A stretch of 47,854 nucleotides of DNA from a virus (Duplodnaviria > Caudoviricetes): IMG/VR virus record IMGVR_UViG_3300033076_000881, positions 1 through 47,854 of that record, one strand, 5' to 3'. Under the pieces are notes generated by a model. That model was not told the origin of the DNA. It did not search any database and was given only the letters and a program-made list of their open reading frames with translations. Each line of letters begins with the position of its first letter. Within the stretch, counting starts at the first letter, position 1. The position numbers were made by a program, and so were the translations under genes. Shown one piece after another: positions 19,489 to 28,973 of this stretch.

Positions 19489-19998
19489 CTAGCCGAGTAG
19501 CTTCTTCATGTCTGGTGCTTCTCTCGGTGGCGGCATGTCGGCTGGTGGCAGTCGGAAGGCGAGCAGCTTGCTGGACTTGGTGACGCCGACCATTTGAAAT
19601 CCCGCCTTCTGCCACGTCCAACCCCACACATCCTTGCCGCGCACCTTTGTCGGTTTTACGTGCTTCCTGTCCAGGAAGGTGACCATGCCGATCTCGGGCG
19701 GATCGCCATAATGGTGTCGTGTGGCGGCCACGGCGTCACGGATCATCTCGGACGCCACGCCAGCTCCTTCATTCCGAAACGCCGAGCACATCCAGGCACC
19801 AGCCCAGGCGTGGCGCACGTATTCAGCGAAAGGCCACGATGTAACCCAGAACGCTTTGCCGCTGATGGTGTGCGCGTAGAGCACGAAACACCGACCCGGC
19901 GGCACGAACTGCTTGCTGTCCGGCTTCTGGCGGTTGTAGTGCCGATCGGCGAGTTCCTTGGCCCGAGCATCGGCGCGGTGCGAAACCTGCCAAATCAT
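19489..19998 (-). CDS. Putative Mom-like GNAT-fold DNA-modifying protein
   Basis: ATGA-coupled to the primase gene; RHY, SEMIRDAV, MVTFLD and GWTWQKAGFQMVG.T follow the order of Mom-family motifs. Confidence 0.45.
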   Translation of the reverse strand: MIWQVSHRADARAKELADRHYNRQKPDSKQFVPPGRCFVLYAHTISGKAFWVTSWPFAEYVRHAWAGAWMCSAFRNEGAGVASEMIRDAVAATRHHYGDPPEIGMVTFLDRKHVKPTKVRGKDVWGWTWQKAGFQMVGVTKSSKLLAFRLPPADMPPPREAPDMKKLLG

Positions 19999-21974
19999 CG
20001 CAACAGCACCATCATCACGCCGCCTTCCTCCCTGCACACCACCACGCTTCCATCTTCCAACGTCACGGGCTCAGCGAGGTAGGACTGGATCCGCTGCTTG
20101 AGCAGATCGCGGGGCAGCTTCTCGAACAGCGGATCGCCACCCTTCAACAGCGCGGCAGCGTCGTTCAGCTTCACGCCTGCTTGGCCGCGGGTGTGGATCA
20201 TTCCAGCCGCCAGGGTGCGGGCCATCAAGGACTGCAGGTGCTGGGTGCGGACGTGCATGTCCGTCTGCTCAAGCGCGGCCACCTCCTCCCCGTTCCACAG
20301 CTTGACCGGGACGCGACGAAGCCAACGGGTGTTGTCGTCGGGCGGCCCGTAGTTCTCCTTGGCGTGGTCCAGCCGCAGCAGCATCTTCCTCTCGGCGGCC
20401 GTCATGCCGTAGTGCTGCGCATCCTCGTCGTCCGGGTTGTACAGAGTGAAGGTGATGCGTGCGCTGTCCTTCACCGCGCCGGCGCCCTGGCCGCTGTCAG
20501 CGTTGCCGGCCCGCTTCCCCAGCCCGGATGGCTTCGAGGTGTGGTGCGCCAAGAGCACGGCGATCTCGGCTTCCTCGGCGATCGTCTCAAGCGTCTCCAT
20601 CACGAACGTCATGGCCACGTTGTCGTTGCCGTTCATATTGTGCAGCTTGTTCAGGGGATCCAGCGCGGCCATCACCACCTCCGGGTCGGAGCAGGCAGCC
20701 ACGAACTCCCGCACAGCCTCGGTGACGGTCGGCGCGGCCGATGTGCCCGCCACGAAGCGCACCTTGGACGGCGGCCCACCCTTCTGCCGCTTCCCCGAGA
20801 CGAGCCGCACCCGCCGGGCCACCTCATCGAATGGCAGGTTGTGCGTCGTGCATATGGCGTGCAGCCGCATCGACATTTCGTTCAAGTCGTCCTCGGCGTT
20901 GTAGATCACCGACTTGGCCGGGCGGCCCAACATGTTCTTGAAGTTGAGGAAGTCGGCCCCGACCGCCAGGTGGGCCGCCGCGGTGAGCGACAGCAGGCTC
21001 TTGCCGATACCGCCGGGGGCGAGCAGGGCGGTGATGCTCCCTTGCAGCAGGAAGCCACGCAGGACGTGCGGGCGGGGTGCCAGGGCGGTCAGGGGCAGAA
21101 CGTTGCCCCAATGCCCGTTGATGGCCCCCTGCAGCGCCGGGACCGCGGCGGCCATCGGGGGCGGCTCGATCAGGATGGCGCCGGCGAACTGTTGGGCTGG
21201 GTGCTTCTGGCCCGGCGGGTTCTGGGCGTAGAGGTAGGCATTGGCCACGATGGGCATCATGTCGTCATGCGAGATGCCGCTGCGGGCCGCCCACCCCTCC
21301 ATCAGCGCCAGACAGGTCGCTTCGGACACCCCGAGCTCCCTGACCGCGCAGGCCAGGCGGTACGTCTGATCGCTGCGTTCGCCTTGGATCGCCTCCGGGG
21401 TGCGCGCCACGCGCTCCTGGGCTGCCTGGATGGCCGCCGGGGTGTCCAGGTCCACCAGCGGCACGTCAGCCGCCTCTGCGCGCATCCCTGGCGGCTTGCA
21501 CCGGGCGACGATGTGCGGCGGCGCAGGCGCGAGCGGCAAGTCCAGGGCGATCTCATAGCCCTTGCCGTCGATCAGCGATCCAGGCGCCACCACGTAGCCG
21601 TTGTGGCTGCGAATATCCAAGCCCTGGCCGAGCGCCCCGGCCGACAACCCTACGTCAGCGCCCGTGTAGTAGAGGTGGAAGCCGCCGCTCCTGGTCTTGA
21701 CGGTCAGGGTGTCCCATTCGCCGTGAAGCGCGGCCCAGGACGCAAGCCCAGCTCGGTCCTTCTTCACGTCGATGTCCACCACCAACATCCCGGTGGTGCA
21801 GATCCCGACGTTGTACTTGCTCCCTTCCCACAACGCGCGGATTTGCGCCGCGTCCGTGGTGGCCCAATCAGGCCAGCCTTCGTACGCGGGCTTCTGGCTG
21901 TTCTCCACCAGGGGAAAGACGCGAAAGCCGCGTCCGGCCCAATAGAGCGCCGCATCGAGGAAGGGGTTGGACAT
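19995..21974 (-). CDS. Bifunctional primase-polymerase fused to RepA-like (AAA_25) helicase
   Basis: GFRVFPL..K.P, VVDID, TRSGGFHLYY, DIR..GYVVAPGS; Walker A APGGIGKS, YNAED, LDPL, LAHHTSK. Confidence 0.9.
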   Translation of the reverse strand: MSNPFLDAALYWAGRGFRVFPLVENSQKPAYEGWPDWATTDAAQIRALWEGSKYNVGICTTGMLVVDIDVKKDRAGLASWAALHGEWDTLTVKTRSGGFHLYYTGADVGLSAGALGQGLDIRSHNGYVVAPGSLIDGKGYEIALDLPLAPAPPHIVARCKPPGMRAEAADVPLVDLDTPAAIQAAQERVARTPEAIQGERSDQTYRLACAVRELGVSEATCLALMEGWAARSGISHDDMMPIVANAYLYAQNPPGQKHPAQQFAGAILIEPPPMAAAVPALQGAINGHWGNVLPLTALAPRPHVLRGFLLQGSITALLAPGGIGKSLLSLTAAAHLAVGADFLNFKNMLGRPAKSVIYNAEDDLNEMSMRLHAICTTHNLPFDEVARRVRLVSGKRQKGGPPSKVRFVAGTSAAPTVTEAVREFVAACSDPEVVMAALDPLNKLHNMNGNDNVAMTFVMETLETIAEEAEIAVLLAHHTSKPSGLGKRAGNADSGQGAGAVKDSARITFTLYNPDDEDAQHYGMTAAERKMLLRLDHAKENYGPPDDNTRWLRRVPVKLWNGEEVAALEQTDMHVRTQHLQSLMARTLAAGMIHTRGQAGVKLNDAAALLKGGDPLFEKLPRDLLKQRIQSYLAEPVTLEDGSVVVCREEGGVMMVLLR

Positions 21975-21979
21975 GGCGA

Positions 21980-22285
21980 TCAGCCGTCAAGCGTGACCAT
22001 CCTGTACGTACCTCGCATCACGCCAGGCACGATCCGATATCCACGATGCACGAGTTTCTTGTTGAGCCTGCTGATGATAGGTCCAAGCCGCATCTGCTTC
22101 TCCCGATGGCTGAACCTGCCTGTGCCGACCCTGGCGTACAGCCTGGGGATCGAAACCTCCGTGCCGCGGCGAAGCATGTGCAGCAACGCGAGCTGCATCG
22201 TGCTGCGCGTCTCAAGCATCACTTCATCCACCGCGGGCAGCGACCTGTAGCGCCGGCGGTTCCTGGCACCTTTTCTACTTGGCAT
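21980..22285 (-). CDS. Small basic protein, possibly winged-helix DNA-binding
   Basis: 101 aa; IISRLNKKL...IVPG...GTYR resembles OmpR-type wHTH. Confidence 0.5.
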   Translation of the reverse strand: MPSRKGARNRRRYRSLPAVDEVMLETRSTMQLALLHMLRRGTEVSIPRLYARVGTGRFSHREKQMRLGPIISRLNKKLVHRGYRIVPGVMRGTYRMVTLDG

Positions 22286-24071
22286 AGCGCGGTCCATCCC
22301 ACCCAGCGGCAGCGAGCGGGCAGCCCGGCAGCCACGCAGGGTTCGTTGACATAATCGCTGCGAGCTCGTCACCCGACCCGTGCCAGGCTTCGCTCTCGGC
22401 CAGCACTTCGTCGTGGACGTGCATGACGATCGGATAGCCGGCGGCCTCGGCGCGGAACATCCCGTCAACCAGCACATCCCGCGCAGTGCCCTGGACGATG
22501 TGGTTGAACTGCATCCCGCCATACAGCGTGAAGCTGCCCCACCGCTTCTTCTCACCGTCGTACCCGTCGTAGTCCACACGGCGGCGCTCCCGCATGTGCT
22601 CGACGCCGCCTTGCGCGATCAGCGCCGCCCACTCTTCGGGAAGGTGTTGGTTGTGCAGGACGCGGCTGCCGTCCGGCATGTCGATCCACCGCTCGATCGC
22701 CAGGACGACGCGAGGCTTGCAGTAGGACAGCACCCGGCCGCTGGGCAGGCGGCACCACAGGAAGCCGCGCGCAGACACGTAGGCGACGTGGCCGTTCAGC
22801 GTGTGGACGATCTGGCCGGGGTTGGCGGTCGCTTCGATCGCTGCGTCCTGCAAGTCCCACCAGCCCTGAACGATGCCAGCGTGCTGCTCGCGCCACCCCT
22901 GCACGATCGTCTTGACCGCAGCCCACTGATCCAGCGGCAAGCCGTGCTTGTCGGGCGCCTTGGCGTACTTGTTGCACCACTCGGCGAACCGCTCGAACGA
23001 CACGGTGCGGATGATGGGCACCAGATCGCCCGGGTTCAGCCCGTAGTTCTTGCCCATCGAGATGAAGCTGCCGACGCTGCCCTGGTAGCCGAGCGCCAAC
23101 TCCATCACCTTGCCGATCTGGCGCTTCGCCTTCTGCCGCTTCACCTCGGCTGGATCCTCACCGAAGGCGCGGCCGTAGGCGACGCAGTATAGGTCGGCAC
23201 CAAGCCCGGCGTCGTACGCACCGAAGGCATCCAGCTTCCATTGCTCGCCACCAAACCACGCAGCGAGCCGGCCTTCGATGTTCGACAGGTCGCAGCCCTT
23301 CAGCGTGTGGCCGGGCTCGGCGATGATCATGTTGCGCAGCGTCTTGGCCAGCGGCGCCATGGCCGAGCCGAACAACATGCGCAGCATGTCGTGCGCGCCT
23401 TCAACGTCGTGGCGCAGCAGCACGTCGGTGGCCAGGGAGATGTCAGACCCGTCGCGCTCGGGGTCCACGCGGTACAGGTTGTGCGGCTGCCACAGGCGAC
23501 CGGCCCAGCGGCCCGACGACGCACCGTGGTACTGGAACAGGCCGCGCGCCCGATCATCTCGGCACATCGTGTGCAGCATCGCCGTGTACTTGGCGGTGGA
23601 GGTGCGGCCGGCGTCAGCGCGCAGCGTGATCGCCTGGCGCACCACGTTCGGGGCGTCGCTGGCCACGTCGAGATCGCCAAGCACTTCATCGGCTTCATCC
23701 ATCACGCCGGCTTGCTTGTCCTTGGCGATGCTGTCGCACTTAACGCCGAGGCTTCTGATCCACTCGACGAGCGCCTTGGTCTGGCTGCACTTCTTCACGG
23801 CGCCGCCGGTGACCTTCGCCATCTCGATGTCGAGCATCGCCTTGGCGTGGTCCCGCACCTTGATCGCGTGTTCGATGGCCGCGCGGTCCAGCTTCACGCC
23901 GCGGTCGTTGATCGTCTGATCGAGGATCCACACCCGCCGCTCGCTCTCGGAAAGCGGAGGCGCGAGCCCGTCGAGTTCTGTCTCAGTGACGACATCTTGA
24001 TCACAGTAGTCGCCAAGGCGTGCTACAAGGAGAGGGTCGTCCCACCAGACGTATTCGACAGACGTGCTCAT
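22275..24071 (-). CDS. Family A DNA polymerase, C-terminal piece (ExoIII plus polymerase domain)
   Basis: YCDQDV, YHGASSGRWAG, motif A CDLSNIEGR, motif B RQIGKVMELALGY, motif C HVHDE. Confidence 0.92.
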   Translation of the reverse strand: MSTSVEYVWWDDPLLVARLGDYCDQDVVTETELDGLAPPLSESERRVWILDQTINDRGVKLDRAAIEHAIKVRDHAKAMLDIEMAKVTGGAVKKCSQTKALVEWIRSLGVKCDSIAKDKQAGVMDEADEVLGDLDVASDAPNVVRQAITLRADAGRTSTAKYTAMLHTMCRDDRARGLFQYHGASSGRWAGRLWQPHNLYRVDPERDGSDISLATDVLLRHDVEGAHDMLRMLFGSAMAPLAKTLRNMIIAEPGHTLKGCDLSNIEGRLAAWFGGEQWKLDAFGAYDAGLGADLYCVAYGRAFGEDPAEVKRQKAKRQIGKVMELALGYQGSVGSFISMGKNYGLNPGDLVPIIRTVSFERFAEWCNKYAKAPDKHGLPLDQWAAVKTIVQGWREQHAGIVQGWWDLQDAAIEATANPGQIVHTLNGHVAYVSARGFLWCRLPSGRVLSYCKPRVVLAIERWIDMPDGSRVLHNQHLPEEWAALIAQGGVEHMRERRRVDYDGYDGEKKRWGSFTLYGGMQFNHIVQGTARDVLVDGMFRAEAAGYPIVMHVHDEVLAESEAWHGSGDELAAIMSTNPAWLPGCPLAAAGWDGPRYAK

Positions 24072-25306
24072 CCTAGCAACTCCGCCAGATCGGGGGCGGC
24101 GAACCGAGTGCGCAACTCGGCGAGGTAGGCATGATCTCGCTCGACCAGCACAGCAGAGAAGCCTTCGGCCTGCGCCGCCACGCCGGTTGTGCCGCTGCCG
24201 GCGAATGGGTCCAGTACCGTGCCGCCCGGTGGTGTGATCATGCGAACAAGCCAGCGCATCAGCGCGACAGGCTTGACGGTCGGGTGTTTCGACCCGGCAC
24301 GATCTTCCTTGCCCGCCTTGGCCGAATAGAAAAACCTGGACGCCGTGCCGCTGTCACCCCGTGGCGTCATCGGGTCGTCGGCCCGATCCATCTTCCCGTA
24401 CACCTTGCGAGTGCGCGCACTGTCCGTGTTGCTGCTCGCCGTGCCGAGTTGGCCAGGTCGCTCGCCGAACGCCGCGAAGGCGGCCTCCACTTCGTCGCTG
24501 CCGTCGTGGACGACGTTGGCAGGCCAGCGGCCGACATACGTCTTAGGCTCGCCTTGGGTGCCGCCGGGACGCAAGAGGCCCGGCGCGGCACCCAAGGCGT
24601 TTCCGTTGCAGGGCGCCAGAGATGTGAAAGCAGCGACACGCACCTCGTCACCTATCCGGCACTTGTCAATGTTCAGCGCCCCTGTGCCGTGCGCCAGGAC
24701 GTTCTGTGCCACCGTGCCGGCCAGGGGCTTCCGCGCCAGGATGATCGGCTCCCAGGCCGGCTTCAGCGCCGTGCCCCAGCCTTCCCAGGCGACGGCTTCG
24801 GGCAGTGTCACGGTGACCTTGCCGCCGGACCATCCGCTGTCCGCCTTGTCCGCCATCGTGCGGCGCGACGACTCCTGCCATTGCGCACCGGGGGCGGATG
24901 CCACACCAGTTTCCGCCATCAACGCCGGATCGCGCGCCGAGAAGCGCGAACCCCCGGTGCGGAGATGCGACTCTATGGCTCGCGCCGCGTCATGCGACTT
25001 CGGGAACCCGGTCCCGTAGAGCCACATAAGCGTGTCGCGGATCTCGAAGCCGGCATCCTCGATGGCGACGGCCATGCGGTGGAAGGTGCGCGTGCCGCCG
25101 AAGGCCACCAGATGGCCGCCCGGCGGCAGCAGGTCGAAGCACCGACGCCAGGTCGCCACGTCGAACGCGATGCCCGTGCCATCCCACTCCTTGCCCATGA
25201 AGCCGAGTTCGTACGGCGGGTCAGTGACGATGGACTGAAAAACGCAACCAGCGTCGCGCCAGCCAGCCATGACTTCCCGACAGTCGCCGCCGTAGATGTT
25301 GATCAC
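24068..25306 (-). CDS. DNA amino-methyltransferase (N6-A/N4-C, beta class)
   Basis: TDPPY near the N-terminus; HPTVKP and LDPFAGSGTT near the C-terminus. Confidence 0.92.
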   Translation of the reverse strand: MINIYGGDCREVMAGWRDAGCVFQSIVTDPPYELGFMGKEWDGTGIAFDVATWRRCFDLLPPGGHLVAFGGTRTFHRMAVAIEDAGFEIRDTLMWLYGTGFPKSHDAARAIESHLRTGGSRFSARDPALMAETGVASAPGAQWQESSRRTMADKADSGWSGGKVTVTLPEAVAWEGWGTALKPAWEPIILARKPLAGTVAQNVLAHGTGALNIDKCRIGDEVRVAAFTSLAPCNGNALGAAPGLLRPGGTQGEPKTYVGRWPANVVHDGSDEVEAAFAAFGERPGQLGTASSNTDSARTRKVYGKMDRADDPMTPRGDSGTASRFFYSAKAGKEDRAGSKHPTVKPVALMRWLVRMITPPGGTVLDPFAGSGTTGVAAQAEGFSAVLVERDHAYLAELRTRFAAPDLAELLG

Positions 25307-25764
25307 GACTTCACCGCCCGCGGCCTAGCCATCTTCATCATGAGCGCGTTGCCGGCCATGTCCTTCTCGGCCCGCGCTCCGAGCACCTTGGCTGCGATCT
25401 CGAGGGATTGAGGAATGGCGAGCGTGGCGCATCTCGACATCGTGCAGTCCTGTTGCTCAATCCTGAGCGGCGGCCAATGAGGCACGACCCGATCACGCAG
25501 CAACCCGTTCCACACGGCGCGCTCGAAAGCAGCGTTGTGCACCTTCACGATCCCTCCGCGCGCGACGTGTTCAAGCAAGGGGGTCGGATCAGGATCGCCA
25601 GGGTGCCATCGGTGCACCGCCAGCTTTCGCCGATCCTGGTCATCATGCAGCGCCCACGACATCATCCACACGCGGGTCGATGGATGCTGCACGTACGGAT
25701 AAACACCCGTCTTGCGCAGATCCACCGCACTCGCAGTCTCGAAGTCGTGGCAGGCGACGATCAT
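25303..25764 (-). CDS. Family A DNA polymerase, N-terminal 3'-5' exonuclease piece (ExoI, ExoII)
   Basis: HDFETASAVDLRKTGVY, HNAAFER, CTM, P.SLE, KDMAG..LMMKMARP; ATGA-coupled start. Confidence 0.88.
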   Translation of the reverse strand: MIVACHDFETASAVDLRKTGVYPYVQHPSTRVWMMSWALHDDQDRRKLAVHRWHPGDPDPTPLLEHVARGGIVKVHNAAFERAVWNGLLRDRVVPHWPPLRIEQQDCTMSRCATLAIPQSLEIAAKVLGARAEKDMAGNALMMKMARPRAVKS

Positions 25765-25982
25765 GTCAGCAGGATCATCACCCCGGCCGCTGCCGCCACG
25801 GCGATCAGCGAGCCCGCCACCAACAGGTCGGTCCATATATCCCGCTGCGGCTCGCTGCTCTTGGTGAAACAACGCCAGACCATCGCCGTCTCCGGTGTCA
25901 AGGGGATGTGCCGCTCGGGCTCTGGGTACGCCGGCCAGCGCGGGGCGCTGAACGGTGCGTGAGGATCCGGGGCCATCGTCAT
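25761..25982 (-). CDS. Small protein with C-terminal TM helix
   Basis: 73 aa, ATGA overlaps at both ends, hydrophobic C-terminus. Confidence 0.6.
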   Translation of the reverse strand: MTMAPDPHAPFSAPRWPAYPEPERHIPLTPETAMVWRCFTKSSEPQRDIWTDLLVAGSLIAVAAAAGVMILLT

Positions 25983-26755
25983 CCCAGCAGCTTGCTCATG
26001 TCGAGCGGCGGGGCCGGCGGTGCGAAGGCCGGGGGAGCAGGTGGCGCGACGCTGGTGGGCGGCGGCATGAAGCTGCTGGGCGACGCGCCGGCACCGAACT
26101 GCCCGGCAGGGTCGAACTTGGCATCGACGTTGACGCCGGCGAACTGCGTGGCGGGATCGGGCGCCCCGCCCGCCAGCTTGCTGTCGTCGGCGATCAGCAT
26201 GACGCCCTGCAGGCCGAAGCTGACGCCCTTCTTCGGCCGCGGCGGGTTCTTGCCGAAGGTGTAGATGTTGAAGTTCAGCAGCGCCCAGACGCCGGCATAC
26301 ACCCGGTTCTCGTCCACGATGGGGTTCATGGCCGGATCGACGATCTGCGGCTTGTACTGCGTGGTCATGCGCAGGAATGGCAGGCCGGGGGTGTAGCCGG
26401 TGTACTGCTGCTTCTCGCCCTGGTCACGCCACCCCGGCTGGTGCAGGCCGAACGGCTTGCCCTGCGGGTCGATGTTGTGGGGGAACTCCTGGCGCAGCAG
26501 GGCGTAGATCTCGGGCCAGAGCACGGCCTGCAACTGCTCCATCGAGCCGGGCGGGCAGAGCGCCGTCACCTCGTACGTCGGCGTCGCCTTCGGCGTGCCG
26601 TCGTCGTTCTTGTTGTTCGGGTTCGGCTTCATCAGGTGCACGAAGGCGAGGCGTACCGGCATGGAGCGGAACGTGCCGTCCGGTTGCTTGGTCAGCGGGT
26701 TTGCCGCCACCATACGCTGCACCCAATCGGGCGCGATCTTGCTGTCCTTCATCAT
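25979..26755 (-). CDS. ssDNA-binding protein (DUF2815 / T7 gp2.5-like)
   Basis: VRLAFVHL..P, P.IVD, VYAG.W, KGVSFGLQGVM...D..LAGG; lies between the exonuclease and polymerase genes. Confidence 0.82.
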   Translation of the reverse strand: MMKDSKIAPDWVQRMVAANPLTKQPDGTFRSMPVRLAFVHLMKPNPNNKNDDGTPKATPTYEVTALCPPGSMEQLQAVLWPEIYALLRQEFPHNIDPQGKPFGLHQPGWRDQGEKQQYTGYTPGLPFLRMTTQYKPQIVDPAMNPIVDENRVYAGVWALLNFNIYTFGKNPPRPKKGVSFGLQGVMLIADDSKLAGGAPDPATQFAGVNVDAKFDPAGQFGAGASPSSFMPPPTSVAPPAPPAFAPPAPPLDMSKLLG

Positions 26756-26757
26756 GG

Positions 26758-26955
26758 TCAACGGTCCTTCCAGGGAGACGGTGGGTCGGATACGGCGCGT
26801 GCGAGCCGCATGAACGCGATCTCGAACTCGGTGCGGGAGATGGCGGCCTGACGCTGGCACTCTCCCTCGGGCAGCGCGTCGCGCACATCCTTGACGAGTT
26901 TCGCCGTGGCGATCTCGTGCTCAAGCACGCGGCGCAGCAGTATCTCGTGCTTCAT
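26758..26955 (-). CDS. Acb2-like small helical protein
   Basis: RQAAISRTEFEIAFMRLARAVSDPPS parallels the Acb2 C-terminal helix pattern RxxAIxKTxxQxxxMxxxRAIxxPxS (recalled pattern). Confidence 0.5.
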   Translation of the reverse strand: MKHEILLRRVLEHEIATAKLVKDVRDALPEGECQRQAAISRTEFEIAFMRLARAVSDPPSPWKDR

Positions 26956-27251
26956 CGCGGATACTCATCCTCGGTGCGCGACGCCGGCGCCGGGTCGTAC
27001 GCCTGCGGCACGGCGCCGAGCCTGGACTGGCGCCAGACCATCATCTTCCGGGCGAGATCCCTGGCTTCCTGCACCTTGGCCTTGTCGCTGGCCGGGTGGT
27101 CGCCGCGGCGGATGCTGCGCTCCCTGCGGAACGCCCAATCCAACACGATGTCCGGCGCCTGGGGATCCCGCGCCAGCAGCACGAACATCGGTTCGTCTGG
27201 CGCGGCCTTATCGTATGCGTCGTACTCGCCGGGCTCGCTTTTCGTACCCAT
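26952..27251 (-). CDS. Conserved phage hypothetical protein
   Basis: GGAG RBS; DEPMFVLLARDP.AP..V..WA motif. Confidence 0.75.
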   Translation of the reverse strand: MGTKSEPGEYDAYDKAAPDEPMFVLLARDPQAPDIVLDWAFRRERSIRRGDHPASDKAKVQEARDLARKMMVWRQSRLGAVPQAYDPAPASRTEDEYPR

Positions 27252-27260
27252 CGCAATCTC

Positions 27261-28475
27261 CTATTCGGGTGGTAGGATATTCACGCCCTTGAAGGCGTCC
27301 AGCCGGCTTGCCGCCGGGCGTGGGTCGGTGTCGGGGACGAGCACCAGGGTGCCACTTTCGGCCCGCGGCGCAAGCCATGCCAGCTTTTCCTTAGCCGATC
27401 GCACAGCCGCTTCCTGCTGCCCCGGCGCAGCGCCCGCACGCACCGCCTCGGTCACGACCTTCTCTGCCTCGGTGATCGTGATGGGCTCGGCGCGCAGGAA
27501 CCTTTCCGGATTAAGTCCGGTGACCGCCGCAAGCTCTCCTGCGACAACCTGTGGTTCGGCCTTCCATTTCCTGGTAGCCCTGGCCTGCACCAACTTGTGG
27601 CCCGGCACGGACTGCCCACCCATGGCGCGGCGATGCATGTGGTTCTCGACTGCCTTGAGCCAGTCGCGCAGCATGTCAGCGTGCCGCAGCACGTAGAGAA
27701 GCCGATCGTCCGTCATCTGCTCCGGGGCGATCGGCTTCTCCTGCACCTGCTCGACGCCAGCGCCGGGGCCGTGAGCCACCGTCAGCGCGGCCGACACCCT
27801 GGCCGGGCAGGAGATGTCAACCGGACAGTGCAGGCAGTGCTCTCCGGGGATCCTGGGCGCATTGGGCTCGACGGAGGCGCGGATGGCTGCCTCAACCTCA
27901 GCCTGGAACTCAACGAGTTCGACGCCGTCGCACGACCACGTACGCACCACACCATCGTGGTGCCACGTCACACGAGGCTGGATGACGACTAGGTTCAGTT
28001 TGCGCACACCTCGGGTCCACAGCAGGCCGCAGGCATTGAACATCAACTGCGGATTGCGCTCCACCTCGACGGGACGCATCCCGTACTTGAACTCGATCGC
28101 CCAGGCTTCCGCATCCTCGGGGTGGTACACCATCAGGTCGGCGATGCCAGCCACCTGATCGGGCGGCAGGATCGTCTGCGGAAAGGCGAAAGGTGTCTCG
28201 ACGTACAGCTCGGTCGGCGTGCCCGGGTTCTGCAGGGCGATGCCTTCAAGAACATCCATGACGACATCGGACGCGGCCTGCATCTCTGGCGTCACGCCGC
28301 CAGGCTTGGCTTCACGACCCAGCCTGTACGCCACCAGCGCGTGAGCGATCGTCCCTTCCGCCGCGGCCTCGGACGGCGTGTCCGGGGCGCCTTTCGCCGC
28401 CTCGATGCTGCCGGGGCAGGCAAGCCAACGGTGCACGTTGCTCGACCCGCGTGGAGCGTGCTGTCGTGCTTCCAT
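27261..28475 (-). CDS. DUF2800 / Cas4-like PD-(D/E)xK exonuclease
   Basis: HA..GSS...RWLACPGS, AAEGTIAH, GIAD, EFKYG, NPQL, IQPR, PGEHCLHCP...CPAR. Confidence 0.85.
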   Translation of the reverse strand: MEARQHAPRGSSNVHRWLACPGSIEAAKGAPDTPSEAAAEGTIAHALVAYRLGREAKPGGVTPEMQAASDVVMDVLEGIALQNPGTPTELYVETPFAFPQTILPPDQVAGIADLMVYHPEDAEAWAIEFKYGMRPVEVERNPQLMFNACGLLWTRGVRKLNLVVIQPRVTWHHDGVVRTWSCDGVELVEFQAEVEAAIRASVEPNAPRIPGEHCLHCPVDISCPARVSAALTVAHGPGAGVEQVQEKPIAPEQMTDDRLLYVLRHADMLRDWLKAVENHMHRRAMGGQSVPGHKLVQARATRKWKAEPQVVAGELAAVTGLNPERFLRAEPITITEAEKVVTEAVRAGAAPGQQEAAVRSAKEKLAWLAPRAESGTLVLVPDTDPRPAASRLDAFKGVNILPPE

Positions 28476-28503
28476 CGTCCCCTCCCCCGGCGGCAGATCG
28501 AGA

Positions 28504-28941
28504 TCAGGCCGCCTCGGCCATCATGTCCTGGTAGGCCAAGTGGTACACGGCGGGGTTCATCGCCGCGACCGACGCCGAGCCGTACTTGTCCAGGATGCGC
28601 TTGACCGCAGCCGGTCCCTTGTTGGGGTTCTGCGCCAGCGTGGCGGCGGCGTGCTTGACGTGATCGACCGTCCAGCCCTCGACCGCCTGACCGTGCTCGG
28701 CGACGGGCGCGGCGACAGGAGCGAGCGCAGCGACAGGGGCAGGCGCAGCAGCCGGCGCCGGGGCGGGCGCAGCGACAGGAGCGGCCACCGGGGCGGGAGC
28801 GGCGACGGGCGCAGCAGCCGGTGCCGGCTTGTTCGCCTTGGGCGCCGGGGCCGAGACGACCTGCGGGCCGCCGTTCATGATCTCGAAGATGCGGGCGGCA
28901 AGCCCGGGATCCTCGGTGGTGAAGGTGTACGAATGGGGCAT
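28504..28941 (-). CDS. Hypothetical protein with long Ala/Pro linker
   Basis: GGAG RBS; APAPVAAP repeats between two small domains. Confidence 0.75.
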   Translation of the reverse strand: MPHSYTFTTEDPGLAARIFEIMNGGPQVVSAPAPKANKPAPAAAPVAAPAPVAAPVAAPAPAPAAAPAPVAALAPVAAPVAEHGQAVEGWTVDHVKHAAATLAQNPNKGPAAVKRILDKYGSASVAAMNPAVYHLAYQDMMAEAA

Positions 28942-28973
28942 TCTGTCTCTCCGGGTTGTGCACGAGACGTGCG

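Noticed and set aside
24068-25306. Methyltransferase region as an intein or self-splicing intron
   Set aside because: It has its own start and stop, no intein terminal residues, and no flanking non-coding sequence to form an intron core.
27261-28475. Cas4 as evidence of CRISPR adaptation
   Set aside because: The DUF2800-type nuclease is a standard member of this replication module next to SSB and PolA.
28690-28860. Ala/Pro-coding repeats as a DNA repeat element
   Set aside because: The degenerate codons show an ordinary protein linker.
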